Below are positions 1 through 8,263 of a stretch of DNA of 21,571 bases, in pieces; the stretch's first letter is position 1, and each line of letters starts with the position of its first letter. The notes below the pieces were generated by a model. The model saw only the letters and a program-made list of their open reading frames with translations, was not told the DNA's origin and did no database searches. The DNA comes from Sphingomonadaceae bacterium (GTDB taxonomy: Bacteria > Chloroflexota > UBA6077), in assembly GCA_050261575.1 (NCBI GenBank), contig JBLNDL010000023.1, forward strand, positions 1 through 21,571, in the 5' to 3' direction. A program made the position numbers and the translations under genes.

Positions 1-40
1 GACACCCCCCTGCCCGTGTGATCGTCGTTATATGTGCGTT

Positions 41-66
41 GGGGTTGCGCATGGCGCGCCCCCTAC
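41..66 (-). repeat. GTAG-type REP-like hairpin downstream of hcp (possible terminator or mRNA stabiliser)
   Basis: Minus strand reads GTAGGGGGCGCGCCATGCGCAACCCC: a GTAG tetranucleotide followed by an imperfect GC palindrome, about 25 nt after the hcp stop. Confidence 0.4.
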
Positions 67-90
67 TCCCCCACCCCTGGACCCAAGATG

Positions 91-1401
91 CTACGCCAGC
101 ATCCTCTCGATGTCTGCTTCCGGCGTGATGACCAGGCGGATGTCCCAGTTCTCCACCAGCGCCTTCAGTATCTCATCGTTCACCCAGGCCGGCGCAACGG
201 GGCCGAGGTAGATCCCCTTGATGCCCAGTGCAAAGAGGCTCCAGAGGATGGAGACGGCCTTCTGCTCCATCCAACTGAGGACCAGGGTCAGGGGAAGCTC
301 GTTCACCCCGACGCCGAACAGCCCGGCCAGTGCCGTAGCGATGTCGACGGCGACTATGGAGTCGTTGCACTGCCCCAGGTCCAGCAGCCTCGGGATCCCG
401 TCGATCGTGCCGAGATCCAGATCGTTGAACCGGTACTTGCCGCAGCCCAGGGTAAGCACCACGGTGTCCTGCGGCAGCCTCTGGACGAACTCCCGGTAGT
501 AGGGCATGCCCCTCAGGGGCGAGTCGCAGCCGCCCACGAGGAAGAAGTGGCGGATCTTGCCGGCCTGGACCAATTCCTTGATCTTGCCCGCCAGGGAGAG
601 CACCACCGACGCCGAGAAGCCCGTGGACAAGACCACGTCGCCAGGTTTGTCCGGCAGCTCGGGGAGGGTCTTGGCCTTCTCGATGACCGCTGTGTAGTCG
701 TAACCGGAGACGTGCTGTACACCCGGCAGTTGGGCGGGGCCGCTGGTGAACATCCTGTCCGCGTACTCGGCCGTGGGGAGGAGGACGCAGTTGGTGGTTC
801 CCAGTATGGCGACGGGGTACTCGGCGAAGACCTGCTTCTGGTCGAACCAGGCCTTGCCCAGGTTACCGGCTAGGTGCTTGTGTCGCTTCAGCTTGGGGTA
901 TGCGTGGGCCGGCAGCAACTCCGAGTGTGTGTAGACGTCGATGCCTGTTCCCTCGGTCTGTTCGAGGAGGGCGGAGAGGGCCTTGAGGTCGTGGCCGGTG
1001 GCCAGGATGCCGCGCCCCTTCCTCGTCCCCGTCTGCACCGCGGTGGGCTCCGGCTCGCCAAAGTTCTCGATGTGGGCCTGCTTCAGCAGCCGCATCGCCT
1101 TGAGGTTCATCTTCCCGGCTTCGAGCGCCAGTCCGACGAAGTCCTGGGCGTCGAAGTTGACGTTGGTGAGGGTGGAGTAGAGGGATCTCTCGAGGAATGC
1201 CTCGATTTCGTCGTCGGCGTGCCCCAACTCCCGGCAGTGGTAGTGGTATGCGGAGATGCCCTTCAGGGCGAAGAGGAGGTTGTCTTGCAGGCGAGCGACG
1301 GTTGCCTCCTTGCCGCAGACCCCGATCGCGGTGCAGCCGCTGCCGCCCGCCGCCTGTGAGCACTGGTAGCAGTGCATGTCCGACTTGCCATTGACAGCCA
1401 T
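91..1401 (-). CDS. hcp: Hybrid cluster protein (hydroxylamine/NO reductase), short class III-like form, 436 aa
   Basis: N-terminal Cx2Cx8Cx5C ([19 protein letters not shown]). Hybrid-cluster motifs GHDL, THSE, TTNC, GGCD, GCGK, GQCND and MEQK are present. ATG 1401 follows AAAGGACGAGGACA; the ORF-track extension to 1614 is not HCP-like. Confidence 0.95.
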   Translation of the reverse strand: MAVNGKSDMHCYQCSQAAGGSGCTAIGVCGKEATVARLQDNLLFALKGISAYHYHCRELGHADDEIEAFLERSLYSTLTNVNFDAQDFVGLALEAGKMNLKAMRLLKQAHIENFGEPEPTAVQTGTRKGRGILATGHDLKALSALLEQTEGTGIDVYTHSELLPAHAYPKLKRHKHLAGNLGKAWFDQKQVFAEYPVAILGTTNCVLLPTAEYADRMFTSGPAQLPGVQHVSGYDYTAVIEKAKTLPELPDKPGDVVLSTGFSASVVLSLAGKIKELVQAGKIRHFFLVGGCDSPLRGMPYYREFVQRLPQDTVVLTLGCGKYRFNDLDLGTIDGIPRLLDLGQCNDSIVAVDIATALAGLFGVGVNELPLTLVLSWMEQKAVSILWSLFALGIKGIYLGPVAPAWVNDEILKALVENWDIRLVITPEADIERMLA

Positions 1402-1496
1402 TGTCCTCGTCCTTTCATCGTTGGAATCGTCCCGCTGCCGGTCGAGTGGATGTTCGCCCACCCCGACGTGGTCGACCGCAGACAGAGCGCATCGCA

Positions 1497-1539
1497 AGGA
1501 TACCGGGGGTAGGCGATCGCGTCTGTGACAAAAGTCACA
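1497..1539 (-). promoter_or_regulatory. hcp promoter: CRP/FNR-family (HcpR-like) box TGTGA-N6-TCACA plus -10 TATCCT
   Basis: 1524-1539 is TGTGACAAAAGTCACA. The minus-strand -10 TATCCT at 1502-1497 predicts +1 near 1490, which centres the box at -41.5. Confidence 0.8.
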
Positions 1540-1635
1540 AGAGCTTGGTTCGCGGTCACGTGTGTTTGGTGCAGGCTCTGATGGTGGGGAGACGTGCGCT
1601 GGCCGGAGGCACATGCCCAGGGCGCGTCTGGCGTT

Positions 1636-4065
1636 TCATGCGGCTCTCAGTTGGGCTCCGGTGGCCGTTGGCGTCAGTGCCTCCGCGAGCGCCTGCTCGA
1701 TGGTGTCCACCAGGACGAACCGCATCTCGTTCCGCAACTCCTCGGGGACCTCCTCCAGGGCCGGCTCGTTGCGCCTGGGCAGGAGCACCGTTCGGATGCC
1801 GGCCCTGCGGGCGGCCAACACCTTCTCCTTGATTCCGCCGACCGGCAGCAGCTTCCCCCTGAGGGTCACCTCGCCCGTCATGGCGACGTCGTGGCGCACC
1901 GCCCTGCCCGTCACCAGGGAGGCGAGGGCCACGGCCATGGTGATGCCCGCCGACGGGCCATCCTTCGGGATGGCTCCCGCCGGAACGTGGATGTGGATAT
2001 CCTTGTCCTCGAAGATCACGGGGTCGATGCCGAGGCTGTGGGCGTTGGATCGGACGTAGGACAGCGCGGCCTGGGCGGATTCCCTCATGACGTCTCCCAG
2101 CATGCCGGTCAGGATCAGGCGGTTGTTCCGCCCCTGCATCATGGTAGCCTCGACGAAGATGATCTCGCCGCCCGTGGGGGTCCACGCGAGGCCGGTGGCC
2201 ACGCCCGGCCGGTCGATTCGCTCGGCGACCTGTGCGAAGAATCGCGGCCTGCCCAGGAAGTCGTGGATCGATTCCGCGGTCACCCTGATCGGTCCCCTTG
2301 CCCCTTCGGCTAGCTGGCGCGCAGCCTTGCGGCACACGGTCGCGATCTGCCGTTCCAGGTTTCGCACGCCTGCCTCCCGAGTGTAGTCGCGGATCACCAC
2401 GCGCAGCGCCTCGTCGTCGAAGGAGACCTCTTCGGGGGCCAGGCCGTGAGCCCTCAACTGCTTCGGAACCAGGTAGCGCCGGGCGATGTGCAGCTTCTCT
2501 TCTTCGGTGTAGCCCGCCAGTTCCAGCACCTCCATGCGGTCCAGCAGCGGACCCGGGATGGTGTCCAGGTTGTTGGCGGTGGTCACGAACATCACCCGTG
2601 AGAGGTCGAACGGGACCCCGAGGAAGTTGTCGGTGAAGCTGTAGTTCTGGGCGGGGTCCAGCACTTCCAGGAGTGCCGCGGCTGGGTCACCCTGATACCC
2701 CACCGCCAGCTTGTCCACCTCGTCCAGCATGAAGACGGGATCGGCGGTGCCGACGCGGCGGATGCCCTGGATTATCCGGCCGGGCATTGCACCCACGTAG
2801 GTGCGGCGGTGCCCGCGGATCTCCGCCTCGTCTCGGACCCCGCCCAGGGAGATGCGAATGAACTTCCTCCCCATCGACCGCGCGATGGACTGGCCCAGGG
2901 AGGTCTTGCCGACGCCGGGTGGGCCGACGAAGCAGAGGATCGGCTCCCGCATGAGGCCCTCCTCGCCCGGCGTCTCTCCCATTCGCTCTTCCTTCAGCTT
3001 TCGCACCGCCAGATACTCGAGGATCCGCTCCTTGATCTGGTCCAGGTCGTAGTGATCCTCGTCGAGCACCTGCCGGGCGTGCGGCACGTCGATCTTGCCA
3101 CCCGTGACCTTGTTCCATGGGAGGCTGGAGAGCCAGTCGAGGTAGTTCACGATGATCCCGTGCTCCGGGGACACCGCCGGAAGCTGCTCCAGGCGAGAAA
3201 GCTCCCTATCCGCCTCCTGGCGTGCCTCGGGCGGGAGGCCAGCCTCGTCCAGGCGCTTCCGGAGCTGCGCGATCTCCCGGTCCGGCCCTTCTTCCTCCTC
3301 GCCCAGCTCTCGTTGTATCGCCCGCAACTGCTCTCGAAGGATGTACTCTCGCTGGCTCCTGCTGATCCTCTCCTGAGCCTGGGCGCGGATGCTCTCACCG
3401 ATCTCCATGACGGCGATCTCGCGCTCGAGGTGGTCGGTGAGCATCTTGAGCTTCTCCCGCACCGAGTCCACCTCCAGGATGGCCTGGTTGAGCGCTACCT
3501 CGCCCCGGACGTTGGAGGCCACCACGTAGGCGAACTCTCTGGGATCCTCGATAGTGGCCACTGCGCCGCTGAGTTCGCTCGGCAGGTAGTTGGAGAGTGC
3601 CACCATTCGCTGGAAGAGGCCGAGGAGGTTGCGCCGCAGCGCCTCCACCTCCGGAGTGCGCTCCTCCACCTCGGGCCGTAGCTCGATCTTTCCCACAAGG
3701 TAGGGGTGCTCGCTGGTGTACTCCAGGATCAGGGCTCGCTCGAGCCCTTGGACCGCGACGGTCATGCCGCCCTGGGGATGTCGCACCAACTGGAGGACCC
3801 GCGCGACCGTGCCCATTCCGTACAGCTCCGACGGGCCGGCGGTCTCCACCTCCGCCCTACGCTGAGCCACCAGCACCACCAGCCGGTTCCCTCGGGCCAC
3901 GTCCTCCATGAGGCGCACCGATCTCTCCTGGCTGATCTGGAGCGGTATGGCGGCGAAGGGGTAGGCTACCGTGCCACGCAGCGGCTGGATGGGAAGGACC
4001 TCGGGTATGATGCGGAGAAGCTCCTCGCGGCTCTCAGCTTCCAACTCCTGGCCACTCTCGGCCAT
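1636..4065 (-). CDS. lon: ATP-dependent Lon protease (LonA), 809 aa
   Basis: LON N-domain, Walker A GPPGVGKTS, Walker B FMLDEVDK, HRRTYVGAMPG, catalytic Ser (PKDGPSAG) and Lys (GGIKEK). ATG 4065 follows AAGGGAG. Confidence 0.97.
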   Translation of the reverse strand: MAESGQELEAESREELLRIIPEVLPIQPLRGTVAYPFAAIPLQISQERSVRLMEDVARGNRLVVLVAQRRAEVETAGPSELYGMGTVARVLQLVRHPQGGMTVAVQGLERALILEYTSEHPYLVGKIELRPEVEERTPEVEALRRNLLGLFQRMVALSNYLPSELSGAVATIEDPREFAYVVASNVRGEVALNQAILEVDSVREKLKMLTDHLEREIAVMEIGESIRAQAQERISRSQREYILREQLRAIQRELGEEEEGPDREIAQLRKRLDEAGLPPEARQEADRELSRLEQLPAVSPEHGIIVNYLDWLSSLPWNKVTGGKIDVPHARQVLDEDHYDLDQIKERILEYLAVRKLKEERMGETPGEEGLMREPILCFVGPPGVGKTSLGQSIARSMGRKFIRISLGGVRDEAEIRGHRRTYVGAMPGRIIQGIRRVGTADPVFMLDEVDKLAVGYQGDPAAALLEVLDPAQNYSFTDNFLGVPFDLSRVMFVTTANNLDTIPGPLLDRMEVLELAGYTEEEKLHIARRYLVPKQLRAHGLAPEEVSFDDEALRVVIRDYTREAGVRNLERQIATVCRKAARQLAEGARGPIRVTAESIHDFLGRPRFFAQVAERIDRPGVATGLAWTPTGGEIIFVEATMMQGRNNRLILTGMLGDVMRESAQAALSYVRSNAHSLGIDPVIFEDKDIHIHVPAGAIPKDGPSAGITMAVALASLVTGRAVRHDVAMTGEVTLRGKLLPVGGIKEKVLAARRAGIRTVLLPRRNEPALEEVPEELRNEMRFVLVDTIEQALAEALTPTATGAQLRAA

Positions 4066-4144
4066 AGGATCAGTCTCCCTTCTCGCCTCGCCATGTCGAG
4101 TTCGGCCTGGCCTCCCTGGCGTCCTCGGGCCGTCCACGTGGGCA

Positions 4145-4161
4145 GGCAAAGGGCGTGCCAG
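4145..4161 (-). promoter_or_regulatory. sigma54 -24/-12 promoter upstream of lon
   Basis: Minus strand CTGGCACGCCCTTTGCC versus consensus YTGGCACGRNNNTTGCW, with exact GG-N10-GC spacing. Predicted +1 near 4134. Confidence 0.75.
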
Positions 4162-4179
4162 AAAACGGTGTCCCTGGCG

Positions 4180-4188
4180 TGGTACAAT
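4180..4188 (+). promoter_or_regulatory. sigma70/A extended -10 promoter for the 62-aa gene
   Basis: TG-G-TACAAT about 40 nt upstream of ATG 4229; no clear -35. Confidence 0.6.
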
Positions 4189-4228
4189 CTTGAAGGAACA
4201 TGCCCTCTTAGCAATCGCGAGGTGACGA

Positions 4229-4417
4229 ATGAAGGCGAGCAACGACAAGAAAGTGGAGATTGCGAAGGAGATCCTGGTGGCTTACATCTCCCACAGTCCA
4301 GAACAGGCGAGGGATGTGGACTCTGTGTGCGCTGCCGCCAAGAGGATCTTCGAGACAGTGGACTCCATCGTGGAGACGATCGAGCCACCGAAGGAGCAGG
4401 CCGGCTTCCGGCTGTAG
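4229..4417 (+). CDS. Small hypothetical protein, 62 aa (two predicted helices, C-terminal AGFRL)
   Basis: SD GAGGTG just upstream, its own extended -10, protein-like composition and a downstream hairpin. It fills the gap between lon and the MBL gene. Confidence 0.8.
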   Translation: MKASNDKKVEIAKEILVAYISHSPEQARDVDSVCAAAKRIFETVDSIVETIEPPKEQAGFRL

Positions 4418-4475
4418 AGGGCTGCCTGGTGCCGAAGGCGGCCAGTACGGGTCGCGCGCTGCTCGGACGGATCTG

Positions 4476-4513
4476 GTGGAGGGTGCGGGATGGCCACCCC
4501 GCACCCTTTCCAC
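4476..4513. terminator. Hairpin between convergent genes (putative bidirectional terminator)
   Basis: GTGGA-GGGTGCGGG / 8-nt loop / CCCGCACCC-TT-TCCAC, with a 9-bp perfect core and only a short T tract. Confidence 0.55.
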
Positions 4514-4514
4514 G

Positions 4515-5153
4515 TCAGGATTGGGGCAGGACTTCCACTCGGGCGGTTCTAACTCCGGCGGCGAACCTCTGCGCGTCGTCGTCGGTGCCGACGATGGCGT
4601 TGTAGTGCATGGGAATGAAGGTCTTGGCCTTGATCGCCGTGTTGGCCGCTTCGATGGCCTCCTCGGCGGTCATCACGTAGGTCCCGCTCACGGGCAACAA
4701 CGCCACGTCCACCTCGATGTCGTTCATCTCCGGAATGAGGTCGGTATCTCCAGCCAGATAGATCCGCCGGCCGTTGGCAGTGAAGATGTAGCCCACGAAG
4801 TCCGTGGATTTGGGGTGGAATGGCTCGCCAGGGCTACGGAACTTGTTGACGTTGTAGGCCCAGGTGACCTCGATGGGAACACCCTTGACTTCCAGTCTGC
4901 TGCCAGGGCGCACAACCTCGACCTTCCCCTTCAGCTTCGCCGCGCAGGATGCCGGCGCGACGATGGCCGTGTCATCCTTCAGGATCTTCGCCACGTCCTC
5001 GGGTGAACAGTGGTCGAAGTGGTCGTGGGTGATCAGGATGAGATCGGCCTTGTCGCTTCCCTCTTGCAGCCGAAAGGGATCCGTGTAGATCACAGTCGAA
5101 CCGTTCGAGACCTTGAAGACGTCGTGCCCAAGCCATTCGATGTCTTTCGGCAC
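4515..5153 (-). CDS. MBL-fold metallo-hydrolase (UlaG-like / Lactamase_B_3), 212 aa
   Basis: WLGH, TDP, THDHFDH (HxHxDH), AGDT and IPMHY motifs. GTG 5153 follows AGGAGGT. Confidence 0.9.
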   Translation of the reverse strand: MPKDIEWLGHDVFKVSNGSTVIYTDPFRLQEGSDKADLILITHDHFDHCSPEDVAKILKDDTAIVAPASCAAKLKGKVEVVRPGSRLEVKGVPIEVTWAYNVNKFRSPGEPFHPKSTDFVGYIFTANGRRIYLAGDTDLIPEMNDIEVDVALLPVSGTYVMTAEEAIEAANTAIKAKTFIPMHYNAIVGTDDDAQRFAAGVRTARVEVLPQS

Positions 5154-5282
5154 CTTAACCACCTCCTGGCATCTGATGCACCGATTCGCGAAGCCATGCT
5201 GTGGAGACGGGACGCCGCATCCCGTTCCCGCAGGGGGGAGCCGACCGACCTCCGCCCTCCGGGACCAACTAAGCTCAAGGTG

Positions 5283-5291
5283 ATTATAGCA
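5283..5291 (-). promoter_or_regulatory. sigma70/A extended -10 promoter for the MBL gene
   Basis: Minus strand TG-C-TATAAT, predicting a 5' UTR of about 120 nt. Confidence 0.65.
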
Positions 5292-5344
5292 TACAGAGGT
5301 GGTGCCTAATCCCCGAGGCAAGTCCAGAGACCTCGCCTCGTACT

Positions 5345-5372
5345 CAGAATCCAGAACCCGGCATCCAGCATC
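5345..5372 (+). repeat. Four degenerate tandem heptamers
   Basis: CAGAATC CAGAACC CGGCATC CAGCATC, intergenic. Confidence 0.5.
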
Positions 5373-5381
5373 CGGGGGCGA

Positions 5382-5870
5382 TCAGGTGCCCGGCACCAGC
5401 GACCAGTAGGCGGGCAGCTCGTATCGGAGGACTCGGCGCTCCGGCGAGGATGGCCTCGCCGCGAGGACCCTGTCGCGGCGCTTGATCTCCGCGTAGCTGT
5501 TGTGGATCTGCACGATCCGTTTCGCCTTTAGGTTGAATATCACCACTCCAGCGTGAACCGGCGTCAGGCTCGCTTCTCGGGTTCGGTCGTCCAGCACCCG
5601 AAAGGCTGGCAGTTCGTGAGGCTGGCAGATCTCCAACGCCTTGAGAATCGACTCGAAGCTCTCCGCTGTGTTCTGCTCGTCGAAGACCGCGAGACTGCAT
5701 AGCACCCTCTCCCTGATCCCCGCGGCGTACTCGTCGGCGGAGGCGAGGAGTTCTTCCAGGCTCCTGGGGTCCCGAGCACAGCCGGCGACCAGCGGCAGCA
5801 GCGCGTCACATGGGGCGACGAAGCTCACCGTGCCTCGGCCATCTATCACCGTGTAGCGCATGACATTCAT
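5382..5870 (-). CDS. Hypothetical protein, 162 aa
   Basis: Globular-looking ORF with SD AGGGGG, 13 nt downstream of the zincin gene on the same strand. No motif recognised. Confidence 0.8.
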   Translation of the reverse strand: MNVMRYTVIDGRGTVSFVAPCDALLPLVAGCARDPRSLEELLASADEYAAGIRERVLCSLAVFDEQNTAESFESILKALEICQPHELPAFRVLDDRTREASLTPVHAGVVIFNLKAKRIVQIHNSYAEIKRRDRVLAARPSSPERRVLRYELPAYWSLVPGT

Positions 5871-5883
5871 GGTCCGAATCCCC

Positions 5884-7065
5884 CTAGACTACGCTCTCCA
5901 TTCGAGCGATCCACCGTTCCGGATGCAGCACCTCCTCCATGGTGGGGAGGTTCTCGGGTCCCTCGTAGGCCCGATTCGCGAACTCTATACCACGGGCCGC
6001 CACCACCCGATCCACGAAGACCTCTCCCAGTCGGTACTGATCCATCTTCATGGAGAGGCCGGTCAGCTTCAGGAAGAGTTGCTCGGCTGGACTCTTCTCC
6101 TTCGATCGGGACTCCACTCGCCGCTTGATTCCGTCGTAGTGGGGCATGATCCTCTTTCCCACTTCGTTCATGACGTGGTTGCTGTACCCTTCCAGCAGGC
6201 ACATCAGCGCCTGCAACTGCCGCATGTAGCGTTGCTGGCGCGGGCTCATGATCGATTCGAGGATGCTTCTACCAGACCTCAGGTTGTCGATCATCCGGGC
6301 CACGATCATCGGCCCGGCCGCCGAGCCGCCAGAGGCGCCGCGAACCTCATGCAGGACGCAGTCGAGATAGGCACGGAGGATGTGGTTCATGTAGTCCCGG
6401 AGCCAGGGGAAGACCTCGAACTCGTGGGCGTGGGTGGACTCGTGGAGCACGATCCAGGATCGAAACTCCTCTGCCGGCAGCCCCAACTGGGCCTCAACGC
6501 CCTCGATGTTCTGCTGGACGAAGTAGAGCCTGCCGCCGCTGGAACCCTGCAGAGGCTCTCGCCCCAGCACGCTCATGTCGTACTGCCCCAGCACGCGGCG
6601 TGAGAGGTATCCGAGTAGCAGGCCGATCTGGCTGCTGACGGCCATCTGGCTCAGCTTGGCGAGTCCAGGGACCACCACCGTAGTCTGGCGGCCCAGCTCA
6701 CGGTACATCTCCTCCACGGGCTCGAACAGGTAGCGGAATCCGGTCACGTTGGCCTCGATCCACTCCTTGCGACCCATGACTGACACGGAGATTTCGGAGG
6801 AGGGAAGGCTGGTTCTGGTGTACTCTGAGATGGGGGCCTCCAACTCCCGGACCATCTTCTCGTAGCTGGAGCGGAGCCTGAGGGAACTCCACGGCGTTCC
6901 CAGGGGGGGCTTGCCAGAGGTTCGGATGGCGATCTCCTCCACCCTGTTCCAGTCCAGCAGTTCGTACTCGCTATCGAGCCACCGACGCCCCGCCACCACC
7001 CAGAGGGCGCCCGCAGCGGCACCCACCATCATGCCCGCACGAAATGCGAGCTTACCGTTGGCCAT
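5884..7065 (-). CDS. Zincin-like metallopeptidase (Zincin_2/DUF2342 family) with N-terminal membrane anchor, 393 aa
   Basis: HExxH (LHESTHAHEF), downstream LLEGYSNHVM, the LSRRVLGQYD family motif and a C-terminal PENLPTMEEVLHPERW. ATG 7065 follows AGAAAGG. Confidence 0.85.
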   Translation of the reverse strand: MANGKLAFRAGMMVGAAAGALWVVAGRRWLDSEYELLDWNRVEEIAIRTSGKPPLGTPWSSLRLRSSYEKMVRELEAPISEYTRTSLPSSEISVSVMGRKEWIEANVTGFRYLFEPVEEMYRELGRQTTVVVPGLAKLSQMAVSSQIGLLLGYLSRRVLGQYDMSVLGREPLQGSSGGRLYFVQQNIEGVEAQLGLPAEEFRSWIVLHESTHAHEFEVFPWLRDYMNHILRAYLDCVLHEVRGASGGSAAGPMIVARMIDNLRSGRSILESIMSPRQQRYMRQLQALMCLLEGYSNHVMNEVGKRIMPHYDGIKRRVESRSKEKSPAEQLFLKLTGLSMKMDQYRLGEVFVDRVVAARGIEFANRAYEGPENLPTMEEVLHPERWIARMESVV

Positions 7066-7081
7066 GCGGTACCTTTCTAGA

Positions 7082-7999
7082 TCAGTACAGAATCGTGAGG
7101 GCACGGTGGACTATCTGGAACTGGGCGGGAGCCAGGCCCAACAGGTCCCCGTCCGCCTGGACCATCAATCGATCGTCGGTCTCCACGCGGACCTCCGCGG
7201 CCCTTTCGCATTTCACCTTGGGGTTCTGGAGGTGAGTGCCTCGATAGACCCCCGGGAGGTTGCGAACCAGCTCAATGCGGCCGGCGTCCCCCACGGTGAT
7301 GACGTCGAAGTAGCCGTCGTTCAGCACTGCCCCTGGGGCGATCCTCATCCCCCCGCCGAAGTACCGACCAATGCCGACCACGAGCAAGCTGATGCGCCGA
7401 GCATGGCTGACCCCATCCAGGGCGATCCGGACGTCCTTGTTCCGGTAGCCGAACAAGGTGACCGCAAGGCTCGCCACGTAGGGGATGGTCCCTCTGACGA
7501 AGCGGTTGAAGCCGTTCCGGCGGTACACCACCTCGGCGTCGTACCCCAGTCCGGCCGCGTTTACGAAATAGCGGTGCTCCGGACCCTCTCTACCCACATA
7601 GGATACCACGCCCAGGTCGGACAGCGTCGCTCGCGGGTCTGCAAGCCTCCTGCATGCCTCCTCCATCCGGTGCGGGATCCCGAGGGATCTGGCCAGATCG
7701 GAGCCGGTACCACTGGGGATCAGCCCGATCGAGGGCATCGGCCGGCGGGCGTCGCCCGAGAGGGCCCCGTTGACCACTTCGTTCACGGTGCCGTCGCCCC
7801 CGACGCACACTAGGCAGTCGTATCCCTCATCCCTTCCGGTCTTGCCCAGTTGGATGGCGTGGCCGGCGTACTCGGAGATCGCGGAATCGAACGGAAGGCT
7901 GGCAGCGAGAAGGTCGCGGATCCGCGGCCATCGACGCTCTGTCGTTCCGCCCGCAGACACGGGGTTTACGATGACCAGGGTTCGCCGGTTAGCGTGCAT
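7082..7999 (-). CDS. Diacylglycerol kinase-family lipid kinase (YegS/DagK/BmrU-like); alternative start at 8053
   Basis: NPVSAGG, GGDGTVNEVVNG, IPSGTGSDLARSLG, FVNAAGLGYDA, GRYFGGG and QADGD motifs. Confidence 0.92.
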   Translation of the reverse strand: MHANRRTLVIVNPVSAGGTTERRWPRIRDLLAASLPFDSAISEYAGHAIQLGKTGRDEGYDCLVCVGGDGTVNEVVNGALSGDARRPMPSIGLIPSGTGSDLARSLGIPHRMEEACRRLADPRATLSDLGVVSYVGREGPEHRYFVNAAGLGYDAEVVYRRNGFNRFVRGTIPYVASLAVTLFGYRNKDVRIALDGVSHARRISLLVVGIGRYFGGGMRIAPGAVLNDGYFDVITVGDAGRIELVRNLPGVYRGTHLQNPKVKCERAAEVRVETDDRLMVQADGDLLGLAPAQFQIVHRALTILY

Positions 8000-8059
8000 C
8001 TGATACTGAACCTCGGAATTGGGATGAGGTATCGGGAGCGGGTCCCTGGACATGCCAAG

Positions 8060-8089
8060 ATTGTAGGAGTCGGCAGCCAGATACCGCAA
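8060..8089 (-). promoter_or_regulatory. sigma70/A promoter for the lipid kinase operon
   Basis: Minus strand TTGCGG-18-TACAAT. Predicted +1 near 8053. Confidence 0.55.
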
Positions 8090-8163
8090 GGGTTCAGAGG
8101 AGCAGGGCTATTCTCGCCTTATGCCGTGACTTTTCCGGTTTTGCCGCGTTCTTGTAGATTGAG

Positions 8164-8192
8164 TTGACAGATCGGCAGGCATCTAGGACAAT
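8164..8192 (+). promoter_or_regulatory. sigma70/A promoter for the VanW gene
   Basis: TTGACA-17-GACAAT. Confidence 0.6.
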
Positions 8193-8263
8193 CAGTCCCC
8201 ATCCCTTCGGGCGGAGCCACGCGTTCCGGCCCCAGACGTGCCAAGGCGAAAGGTAATCCCCTG

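Noticed and set aside
4208..4234. CIRCE/HrcA operator near lon (TTAGCAATC)
   Set aside because: Only the left half matches; there is no GAGTGCTAA at N9 spacing.
5292..5308. sigma54-like TAGGCACCACCTCTGTA upstream of the MBL gene
   Set aside because: The -12 reads GT rather than GC, and an extended -10 already explains the region.
8228..8244. Additional sigma54 box TTGGCACGTCTGGGGCC (minus strand)
   Set aside because: Good -24 but poor -12 (GGGC), and the downstream operon already has a sigma70 promoter, so it was not counted.
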